Assembly: GCA_025201805.1 (NCBI GenBank) | Contig: MU619312.1 | Location: 62,001-126,000, forward strand | DNA length: 64,000 bases | Direction of reading: 5' to 3' | DNA from: Parasitella parasitica NRRL 2501 | Taxonomy: Eukaryota > Fungi > Mucoromycota | Shown here: one piece after another, positions 1-10,985 of the stretch | Layout: the number at the start of each line of letters is the position of its first letter | How positions within the stretch are numbered: the first letter of the stretch is position 1 | Position numbers and translations under genes: made by a program | The notes under the pieces: model-generated | The model's database searches: none | Seen by the model: only the letters and a program-made list of their open reading frames with translations | What the model was told of the DNA's origin: nothing

Positions 1-509
1 CTGAAGGTAGCGTCTTTATTATTTACGAGCTGTGTACCCCTCGTTATTTATTATTGCACAGAGTTAAAAAACATTGTAAATAGACTTTTATATTATTACA
101 CATCCAAGTTACTTTGCTAAAACCACGCCTTGCTTTTTAACTGAAAATAGGCGATCATTAGCAAAGCTACAAATATTTTATGATTTTGGCACATTTGTCT
201 TCATCCGCCACAATAATTGAACACATGCTATATCCATCTACTTTTGTGAACTTGCTTCGTTATCGGTATTAATATTGTCATCGTCCACAGTAAAGTTATA
301 TTTGAATCAAAAATATTTTATTTTTAAGGATTATACAAGTAGAGCATCTTTTTTTTCTTTTTCGTTTTTTGTACAAGGGAAGAAAGAATAAAAAGACCAG
401 TATCGATTCTATTTCTATTTCTTTCTTTACATGATGGGTTGTGCTATCTGGTTTTTTTTTGGGTGCATTGCAATATTAGTGGGAAGAACTTGGTAAATTT
501 GAAATGAAA

Positions 510-3500
510 TTATTGTTGCTTGGGTTGAACGTTGACGCGAGCGTTGACACGACGAGGATCCAAAGTTTCAGGGTCCAATGAAGGCAAGAGGTAAGAGATA
601 TCATCCCAAGGATGTCTGTAAAGACCTTGCTTCAAACGCTTTTGATCCAAATGATGGCCAATGAAACCAAGAGAACGACCAAGAACAAAGAGACCATTCA
701 AGGTACCAATGCGCATGTATTCTTCAGCTTCATCATGGGTGAAAGCACCTGATTCACGCAAGAGATCAACGAAAGAGACAGCAATACAACCATCGACATT
801 CAAGATCAAGTTATCCTTCTTACTGGTGGTGATTTCCTCAACCTTCAAGGCATAATCAAGGATAGGAGTGTGAGGGAAGTTCTTCTTGACATAATCTTTA
901 ACCAATTCAACACGCATATCAGGATTAGTACGAGACTTAATCTTGTGGCCAATACCAGGAATCAGCTTGTTGGCCTTACGCATGGATGTGACAAATTCAC
1001 GAGGAGTCATGCCACTATCGTAAGCCTTGGTGAAGTTACCAGCAGCGCCATCGAGAGCTCCACCGAAGCGTTCACCAATGGTAAGAAGACCAGAAACAAG
1101 AGATGAAATCAAATCTTTACCGGCACGAGTAGTGATGATAGTGTTCATGGCCTACATAAAAGTAACACATTAAACCACTGAAAAATGCTCCCCATTCGAA
1201 TAATATACTTACACCAGAGACAGCAGGTCCGTGATCGGCAGTCAACATCAAGACCATTTCAATAAACTTACAGGCATAGTCGGGAAGTCTACGCTTAAAC
1301 CATAAAAGAGAAAGAACTCCACCAATTCCAACGTCCTCCTTGAACACATCTGTGATCCTCATACCAGCATACAACAATTCTTGGCCTCTGTCATCGACAA
1401 TAGTAGAAACGAAGCTAGCTGGCTTACGAACCAAACCAAGTTCTTGAGCCCAAGAGTAGTCAATGGGGATCTTGGGGATCTCAGGTTCAGTTCTGGGATG
1501 AATGGTACCTTCCTTGACAAGCTTGGTATAGGTTTCAGCAAGAGCCAAAGGCATTTTCTCAAAGGTTTCAGGAACGATGATACCAGCAGCACGCATAGCC
1601 TTGTTCTTAGCGTCAGCAGTTTCTAAATCAGAGTTTGCCATAGAACCAGCATGACCGAATTGAACATCAGTAGTGAACATCTTGGCACAAGTGCCGATAC
1701 ACCAGGCAACAATGGGCTTCTTGATGGTGCCATTTTGAACAGCTTCAATAACACGGTATTCTTCAATACCACCAACTTCACCAAGCAAGACGAGCATCTT
1801 GCAGTTGGGGTCTTCCTCGTAACGCAGTAAATGGTCGATAAAAGTAGAACCAGGATAACGATCACCACCAATGGCAACGCCCTCATATACACCGTCAGTA
1901 GTACGGGAAACAATGTTGTTCAGCTCGTTAGACATACCACCAGACTTGGAGACATAGCCAATAGAACCAGCTCTGTAAAGCTTGGACGAAACAATGTTAT
2001 CCATCATTCCACCAGTGTTACCAATCTTGAAACAGCCAGGTTTGATACCACCAACCGTGGCAGGACCAATAACAAGAACCTTGCGAGCTTCAGCCTCATG
2101 CAACAATTGACGAGCACGACGTTCAGGAACACCTTCAGCGATGATAGCAATAGTTTTAATTTGCTCAGAGAATGCAAAGATTTCACGAGTAGAATCAAAG
2201 ACAGAACGGCAAGAAGCAAAGTTGACTACGACATCCACTTCGGGGAACTTTTCAATGGCTTCCTTGAGAGAAGTAAAGACAGGAATCAAAGTTTCCTTTG
2301 TACCCCAATAGAACTTTTGGACATGAGAGCCGCCGAATGGATAAACCATGGCAGCAACAGAGGGAGTGTCACGCTTACACATAAAATCAAAGTCAAGCAT
2401 ACCTTGGACAGCACGAGGCTGCATACCATAGACAAAGGCACGCGTCTTGGAGGTGAAAGGACGATACCACTCGGTAGATTCTTCTTGGCCTTGCTCAGGG
2501 AAGTAAGTCATACGCTCGTTAGGGTTGGTTGGGGTCTGGTTGTCTTCGGCAATAGTCAATTTGGGAGTGTTGGCGCCAGAGTTATTGTTGGAGCCAAAGA
2601 TTTGATCTTGGAATAAGTTGCCAGACGAGGCAGAAGGGCTAGATTGAAGGGCGGTAGCCTTACCTTCCAAAGCCAAAGGAACGATTTCAGTAATGTGAGT
2701 TTCAGGGCCAAAGACTTGAATCTCTACACCGAGAGTTTCGCCTAATTGACGCATTGCACGGAGACCTTCTTGATAGTTGGGGCCACCACGACGAATAAAG
2801 ATACGAACCTTGTGGTTGATAAGAGCTTGCTTGAATTCTGTCAAGGCGCGAATAATACCCTTAAAGGTAGTAGCGACATTTGTGAAATTGGCAATACCAC
2901 CACCGATGAAGAGAAGCTTGCCTTGAGAGTTGACATCCCCACGGGTCATTAAATCCAAGATGGTCTTTGCGTATTCGTAGGTTTGGGTTTCGGTAGGAGC
3001 GCCAGAATACTCACCATAGTTGGCAAGCTCGTCAGCATAGCCCAGAGCAGCAATGGCATCAGAGTAGACTACAGAAGCACCACCGCCAGCAACCATGGTC
3101 CAGATACGACCATCACGGTTGAGCACAGTCAACTTAAGAGAAGCACCGGTCTTTCCGTCTAATTCTTGAATGTAGGCTTCTTCACGTGTTAACTCACGAC
3201 CAAAAGGAGCAGGGAAATCCATGGGAGGTCCTTGATCTACATTTTGTGCGTCAGAGGCAGAGGGGACAAGGCCAATGTTTTGAGGAGCTCTGGCAATAGC
3301 CCACTTTGGACCAGCTTCAAATTCGGCAGTTTGATCGATCTTGGCAGCCAAATCAAGATACATGACTTGAGGTGTTTCGCCTTCGACAGGATCAGTGACG
3401 ACCAAAGGGTTGATTTCGAGATAAGTAAAGTGAAGGTCGACGTAGACAGCGTAAAGACGACGGATGAAATCAACAAGAACATCACGCTTGAATTCGGGAA

Positions 3501-4285
3501 CATCCTTGAGCAAGGATTCCTTGATAGTGTCAGCAGAAGGGAAATCTGAGGAAGCAACAGGGATCAAGAGTTTCAAAGCCTTGGCATCGACATCGCCAAC
3601 TTCAATACCGCCTTCATGAGTGAAGAGGATGTAGTCGCCCTCACGGACAGAGTTGATGCAAATGTAGTATTCGGTATTGTCCGGGTGAGGAGCAAAAGGT
3701 TCAACCAAGAAGGTCTTGAGGACACCAGTCGTTCTTTCAATCTGTTGTAACAATAGGGAATTTCATTAATAAACATATTTCTGGTATATTGATGGGATCC
3801 TAATATGGCAATAACATCTAGTTTTTTGTCGAGCAAAAACCTTCCCCCCCTCGCGCTGCTTAGAAATCTGGATTTCTAGTGCCACCTTCCATCAATCCAC
3901 ACCCTCCTAATAAAGAAATATTTACCTTGATCTCTTTTCCTGCGCGTTCTTCAATCCACTTGCGGGCATCAGCCCAGTCCTTGTTGAGGGCCAAGAGACC
4001 GTGCTTTCCTCTACGCTTGATCAATTGATCGGGTTTGGCAACCAATTTGTCGGTCAATAACCAAGGATGAGTTTGCTCGAGATTGTCAAGTTGCTGCTTC
4101 AAGGCAGACTTGAAGGCCGCCTCGTCGCCCAAGAGAGAAGTGTTTACGTTGATGTGTGCCAACTTGGTGGCAGCAGGGGTAAAAAGCGAGGCGGAATCTT
4201 GTTGCTTACCGACAAGAGGAGCACGCAAAAGATGATGAGCCAGAAGAAGCTTACCATCATATTCTCTGATAGGTTTAGCAGACAT
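510..4285 (-). CDS. ACL1: ATP-citrate lyase, single fused polypeptide; exons 4285-3926, 3741-1213, 1151-510
   Basis: Motifs [36 protein letters not shown], phospho-His GHAG and ADHGPAVSG|AMNTI, plus a C-terminal citrate-synthase-like domain ([17 protein letters not shown]). GT-AG introns at 3925-3742 and 1212-1152 join the ORFs in frame. Confidence 0.97.
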
Positions 4286-4607
4286 GATAAATAATTAAAT
4301 AGATGTGGTAAGAGGAAGAGAAAAGAAAGAAGAGTGAAGGGTCATCGAGATGTTTATTTAAAAAGCTAAAAGTTCATTGTGACTATACATCTAAAGGGAA
4401 GAAGTGAGCCTCTTCCATAAAAGGCTTGCCGCCGAGGACTGAAAACTGGTTTAGGACGTTATGCCGCTATCTTTCATATAAAATCCCCAACAGGGCAGTT
4501 TGGGGAGACAAAAAGACTGGAGGACATCCCCCAGAATTTTAACGCAACTCAACAAGTTGTGGTAATTAGTTAAATGTTTTTTACATGATTATATAAGATT
4601 TTTTATT

Positions 4608-5787
4608 TTATTTCCTTCTTCTTTTATCTGATGATTTCGTATGTGTCTTGACATGCTGAGAAAGGTTATCAGATCGAGAGAATGATTTTTGACATCCAGG
4701 AAAGTTGCAGCTAAATGGTCTTTCCAAAGTGTGGATACGCATGTGTCTTTTCAGATGCTCTAATCTCTTGAATCGGCCCTGGCACTGGATAATGGGACAC
4801 ACATGAGTTTTTGTAGTACTTGTGGTCGCAGAAGAAGCAGCAGCAGGAATAGCCGTAGGCGTAGGAGAGGAAATGGGCGATATATTTTGAAACGTGGTAG
4901 GATAGAAATCATTCGTCTATTATTGAGGGTTTCAAAAAGTTAGCATGAGAGTATATACAATGCACATTGTTATTTGCATGAGCATGTACCATCGACTGTG
5001 TGTGATAATAAACCCCATTATAATTTGGCTCCAACTGTTGAGACACAGCTACTGCTGCTGCTGCATTAGCTGCAACATTACTAGCGGTACAAAGGCTTGA
5101 GATGATAGAGTTTTGCTGAGATTTTCTTGTGCTGACCAATGATGAAAACGCACTATTGCGATGACAAGTCTTTTCCATCGTTACACCAGCTTTCGTGTTG
5201 CGTTTTTTTGATAGCTTCTTTTTGGTGTGTGTTCGATAGTGAGCATGAAAGTTGTCTGACCGACTGAAGCTTTTCCCGCAGCCTGGAAAATGGCATGAAT
5301 AAGGTCTTTCTCCTGTGTGGACCAGCATGTGTCGTTTCAAGTGTTCAAATCTTTTGAAACTCCATCCACAGTAATGAAAATGACAAACATGCTTATGCTG
5401 AGTGTGTGCAAGGGGTGAATTGATTGTGCTACTTGTAACACTGCTGTCACTACTGCCGTTGTGGACAAATGCAGATTGTAATGTTTCTGGGAATGGCGCA
5501 TATGTGCGGTGATAATTTTGTTGCTGCTGCTGATGTTGCTGCTGTTGTTGGTTGCCATGGCCGGAGAAGTGGTCACTATTAGAATCCATCAACATTGGTG
5601 TGAGTGGAGAAACAGCAGGTGTCAATGGCGGTGAAACTACAGTGGCAGCTTGCTGTTTATAAGGCATAAACGGATACGATGAATAATATTCATACGGAGA
5701 AGTATAATGAACATGGGCTTCTTGCTTTATTTCTGATGGGTAAAAGCCAAATGCTGAAGGAGGAGAGGCGTTACTGATATGAGACAT
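4608..5787 (-). CDS. C2H2 zinc-finger transcription factor with two pairs of Msn2/Ste12-type fingers; intron 4989-4917
   Basis: First pair [27 protein letters not shown]; second pair [27 protein letters not shown]. Intron gtacat...gctaac...tag joins the two ORFs in frame. N-terminus is Q/S/P-rich. Confidence 0.9.
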
Positions 5788-7889
5788 GGTTTTTTTTTTG
5801 TTACTATGGGCGATTAAATCAAAAAAAGAAAGGTAGAAATAAAAGCTCGAATTGAGGTGATTTATATACACATTACCGATGAATGCATTGTGTGTATGTG
5901 ATTTTTTAAGGGTGTGATATATATAAATATATAAATTATGTCAATAAAAAAAACGTTGATAAATCAAGGCTATGGTACATAAATAAAACATAGATCTACG
6001 TCCTATACTTGATCAGCCTAGACTTGAATTATATATACCAACATTAAATCCCAAGCAGTAATTTTCTGTTTCTAGTAGAAGAAAGGCATAAACAATAAAT
6101 AAAACTCTCCTATTCTGCTTTTCTAATATGTCTAAAATCAGTAATACTAAGAATGAATGATGTATAGCCTAAAGCTTGTCTACGTGTTCATCTATATGTG
6201 TCATTTTATCAGAAGGGTTTCTTTTTTTAGATATTGTGACATACCTAAAGAATGATGAAGTAGCATTGATCTATCATATACATATAATATTTAGTATATC
6301 ATGGGGCACCTTTCAATTAATCACAATATTTGTAGACGCTAAGTTTAGTGGTATCTTTTCAATTCTGCATAGCGTGCATAAATAACTTGCTTTACCTGAT
6401 TTTGACATTTGCATGTTATTAAAAAACGTATTGTAATGCACACATTTGTTTAGATAAACAAATACAACAACATTATTTTCAGATGTATCTAAGCTCAAGC
6501 TACTATCTAATTAAATTGAACGGCTTAATGGTAATTTTGCAGAAGATAGATGTAGAGATGCAGTGCAATCTTATTTTATCATTTTAGAATATTTGAGCTT
6601 GAAAAAATACTCGTCTACTAACAAATAGAGACATACAGTACTATTTTTTTTTTGTTTGTATATGTAAAGGGGCTCTTACCTCGTGTATTACATCCAGTTA
6701 AGGAGCTGATTATCATAAGCAAAAGAACACTGGAAATAAAAATCAACAGTAGAACCCCCTTCTTTTCGCCGTAATTTTTTTTTTTTTTTTTTTTTGTCCA
6801 AGCATTCATTTCTAATATGAATGAATTATTCGCTGTTGTTTATGGAAAAAGACGATAAATTACTTGAAATGCATTTAATCAATCAATTTAACTTCATTCT
6901 TTATTCAAGTCGGCCTTTTTACATGGCATACAAGCGATTTATATGGAGCAACTGTTTTTGACACTCTAAATAGAGAGAAAAAAGTTGTCACTGCGGTTAA
7001 TTCTGTAAAAAAAAAGAGGTTTGATGTGGCAATTCGATGAATTCTATGACAAACCCCATCAGATTTACCAAATTAAAATATTATTTTAGATATCCTATAA
7101 CTATCAATACTGGTACATTATACGAATAAATTAATTGAACTTTCTTAAGCATACAATACAAAAACAAACAAGAGAAGCTAGGGCTTTTATAAATTTGATT
7201 AAGTGATGTTTGGTTTTCCAAATTTTACGGTCAAACTGAATTGGTTTATTCCTCTGTGTAGCAACTTTTTTAGCACTGCAATGTTGCATTTAATCAAGAA
7301 TGATGTACTCGATACAAGTAGGGGTCAAGTCGTCAAATTTAGAGTCGACAATGGTATCGCAATACCCCTGAGATGTCAAATTTTGCAGTTGGCGATATTT
7401 ACATTCCGCAAGTTATGACGATCTACTTGGCTTTACTTTTGTTGCTAAAGCATATTATTTGGGCGCTTCTAATTATCAAAATCTCATTTTTCTTTTATTT
7501 TAGATATATTACGCCACATTCGAATTGAAAAAAAGCATAGTTTCTTCCATGTTGATTCTAAGAATGCTCTGCTTTCGCTGATTGAAATGTCGAATCACAA
7601 AATTGATTTGACATTTCAGGGACATGTTTTAATTGGTTGATTCTCTACTTGCTTGTTGAAGTGGCCTGTGTGCTCATCGCTTTTGGGTTTGACCATTATC
7701 CTTGGCTTTAAAAGTGCTATAAACAATTTTAAGTTATTATAGTTATTAAGAGTTGGTTACCCCGCCCACTCTGGTGGTTTTTTTTGCCTTCACCACGCTA
7801 CGGTAAAAATCGACCTTCGTTTACGCAGGGTCCATCTTGCTCTGCGAGGTTGCCAGTTTCAAAAATGAATGAAATTTGACTGATTTCAA

Positions 7890-8135
7890 GTGCATATGTT
7901 GTATCCATAGAATTTTATAGTTAGCATTCAGTTGCCATTGCAACTGTTCCTGATCGAATCCAATAAACATTACCGGGTATTCTATAAAAAAATAGAAATA
8001 ATCATGGAATGTCTTGCATATTAGCGTTGTATCCATAGAATAACGATGATTACCATAATATTTCAATTCAGTTGTCATGGCAACCGTTCCTTATTGGATT
8101 TAAGCTTAAATTTTGCCGTATATTCTATTAAATAG
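7890..8135. repeat. Degenerate tandem duplication of about 130-140 bp, each copy carrying an X-box-like palindrome
   Basis: Shared blocks gttgtatccatagaat, attcagttg(c/t)cat(t/g)gcaac(t/c)gttcct and tattctat..aaatag each occur twice. Confidence 0.7.
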
Positions 8136-9058
8136 TATATGTAACATCAATTACAGAACAATGTATTCATAATTTTTTTAAAATTAAGTAAATCTTAGGG
8201 TAGCATATTTCTTGGATTCTTAGGGCAATCATTGTGATGACCATCTTTTACACAACATGTAGATCTAGCAACTATTTGATTTAAGGTTATTTATCGACGT
8301 ATGTTTATTCGACGAATTATATATTGTAATATCGTACTTTCATCCATTCTATTCAATGAGGCAGTTTCTAATCTTAATCTCTTTCAAGATGACAGTTATG
8401 TGTTATACTTTCTGCTTGGCCCTGAATGTTTACTGTTGTTTAAAGCAGATGTAACCGTATCGTAACTTTTAGTTCAAGCTGTGATTTTTGTTTTTTAAGC
8501 CCTGGGGCTGTGATCTAGTTTACTAACTCCCTAATCATTTTACAAAAGTCAGAAATACGCGTAGATTGTTTTTGTTTGTAAATTAAAATATTAATAATTT
8601 TGTAGGATTGATTTTCGATAACTATGATCTCAATTGATAATACGTTATAAGCTCTTCGGGCTTTATCTAAATCGTTCTTTCATTAGTTAGTTCTAAATAA
8701 CTCTGAATATAAAGTAAATCACTGAGATACGCTTTCGGCTTGGGCGGCAAACAGTGCCGATAGCCCGCCGGTGGAAATAATATTTACGTTAGCTTTCGCA
8801 TCCGACCCGGAAGAATAAAGCTAGACATGAGAGAAGGTTTAGGAAACAAAGGTGCTGTTGCTATTGAGATCTCCCTCTTTTTAATTACAAGTAAGTATGA
8901 GCAAACAAGAAGAATCAATATAGCCATCGGCATCAATAGACATGGATACGATATGGATGGATGAGCAGATGGATATATTGATTATTTTCTGTTTTTCGCA
9001 TTTCGCATTTCACATTTCGGCCAATGGATGATTAATTTTATTTCTATTCTTCAAAAGA

Positions 9059-9489
9059 ATGGCCAAGGATCAAAAGACCACCCAAAAGCGCTCTACTCTC
9101 GCCGATGTTGTTACTCGTGAGTACACCATCCACATGCACAAGCACGTCTTTGGTCGCTCTTTGAGAAAGCGTGCTCCTCACGCTATCAAGGCTGTCAAGG
9201 CTTTTGCTCAAAAAGCTATGGGTACTAAGGACGTTCGTCTTGACCCCTCTTTGAACAAGGCTGTCTGGTCTCGTGGTGTTAAGCACACTAACCACCGTAT
9301 TCGTGTACGTATCGCCCGTAAGCGTAACGATGATGAGGATGCCAAGGAGAAGCTTTACTCTTATGTTACCTTTGTCCCCATTGTTGACTTCAAGGGTAGG
9401 GAATATAATCCATTGATTGTTGATTAGGCATTGACACATTTTTATCTTTTGTAGGCTTGAACACTGAAGTTGTTGAGGATGAGAACTAA
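9059..9489 (+). CDS. RPL31: 60S ribosomal protein L31 (eL31); intron 9396-9454, probable 5'UTR intron at about 8891-9057
   Basis: [47 protein letters not shown]; spliced C-terminus [11 protein letters not shown]; strong codon bias. Confidence 0.97.
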
Positions 9490-9663
9490 AAACAATGCAA
9501 TTTATAATAATTTTATATTCAAAGATTGTAATATTTGGAAAATAAAGTAGCATTTTTTCTCAAGAAAAGCATTATTGCTAGAAATTTACTTTGGAAGGAT
9601 AAACTACAACATCACTCAAAGTATTTGGAGGAGCAAATCGAATGGATTCTTGATTGTTTTGGA

Positions 9664-10302
9664 TCAGCGAGGATTTTCCTGAATGTTGTAGCTCTTCATC
9701 TTCCAGAACCCAGAGGTCTTGATGTGGACATCTGACAGTTGTTGACTATTAGGTGGCACCCGTACAGTTTTAATATTGGTGTCCAATGTGTCTGTGCAGT
9801 TGTCTTTGGTTAAAGTCATTTGTGTAGGAAGAGTTTGCCAATGTACAGTCTGCGATAGTCCATCAGCGCTCGTATGCTTCATAATATATTCGGGAGCGTT
9901 TTTACCTGCGCATGAGTGCCTATCTGAGCAAACTCTGAAAAGGGTATAATCAGGCTACTCGACTTCCATCGCTCGTACATGACTCTATTTGCAGGATTCC
10001 CCACAATGTCATATGCCGCCTTGATCTTTTCAAATTCCTTTGAATCTATGTCTCTGTTAACACGATGGCATGTGTGTGTGAAAGTACTCGGTGCTATTTA
10101 CCAGCTAAAGATTTGTCAGGGTGATACTTCAAAGCTAAGCATTTATATTCAGCTTTAATCTGCTCTGACTACATGCAGAATGTGTTAATTTTGACATCTG
10201 TGCACCTAAACATAACAGCTTCCTTACTGAGCTGGTGTCCACACAGTTCAAAACCGTATATAAATCTACGTCTTTCTTTTCCAAATCAAATAAAGATTGC
10301 AT
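9664..10302 (-). CDS. J-domain co-chaperone, DNAJC12/JDP1-like (4 exons)
   Basis: Spliced product DLYTVLNCVDTSS|SEQIKAEYKCLALKYHPDK...FEKIKAAYDIV...RVMYERWKSSSLIIPF...|TVHW...FWKMKSYNI; HPD motif present. Confidence 0.8.
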
Positions 10303-10840
10303 TGTAAATGTATTAGACAGAAAATTATGAGAAAAAGCGTGAGAAACAAAATCTTTATGTCTTGAAAATTGTATGCAGTCATGTTTAAGAAATGGACGAT
10401 TATGCCTAATCAAGAAAGCATGAAAAACAGAAAGTTTGCATTAGATGATGACCTCGAAAGAAGGAGCTGATAAAACTGAAAGAATCGGATCTTGCGGACA
10501 ACAACAGAAAAGACAGAATAGCAACAGGATAGACCAAAATAAATCTGCAGCTTTGAGGTTGATGGGATTGGACAAACAGCAAAGAATTGGCGAGAGGGCG
10601 CATCAGAGCGTCTTCATGTTGGGTGGAATTTTTGATCTGTTTGCATTGGAAGTCGTTCAAAGATCAAGGAATTGGCTAGAGTTCATGTCTTGCTTTATCG
10701 AGTAACCGAACGGATAATACTGCAAGCCGCACACACTTGCAGCGTACTGGAAAGCTGACCATATTCTTCCTTTCAATAGCTTTTCATCTTTTGATGCTCC
10801 TGTCCGTCATATGAGCTCTTTGTAATGCCATATTTTTCCT

Positions 10841-10853
10841 TGAAAATTTTTCA
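10841..10853. promoter_or_regulatory. RRPE-like element upstream of the nucleolar helicase gene
   Basis: tgaaaatttttca (reverse complement TGAAAAATTTTCA) about 135 bp upstream of the DDX21-like ATG. Confidence 0.35.
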
Positions 10854-10985
10854 TTGCTTCTTTTGTTGCAGTGCAAAGTGGTCACTTTTTTCTGCAGAAT
10901 TTTCATTAAAGCTTGTTTTTTTTTTTTTTTTTGTATTTTGGATCTTCTTTTCATCATTTCCAAGAACAAAAACCAAGCTTCCAAA

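Noticed and set aside
1381-3549. Long antisense ORFs over ACL (likewise over RPL31, DDX21 and NOB1)
   Set aside because: Expected shadow ORFs of codon-biased genes, with no recognisable protein features.
8995-9019. ttcgcatttcgc in the RPL31 5' intron resembling a 5.8S-antisense snoRNA guide
   Set aside because: Part of a short tandem repeat with no adjacent D box.
10440-10620. Minus-strand frame MKTL*CALSP.. read as a selenoprotein
   Set aside because: No selenoprotein-family similarity and no well-formed SECIS.
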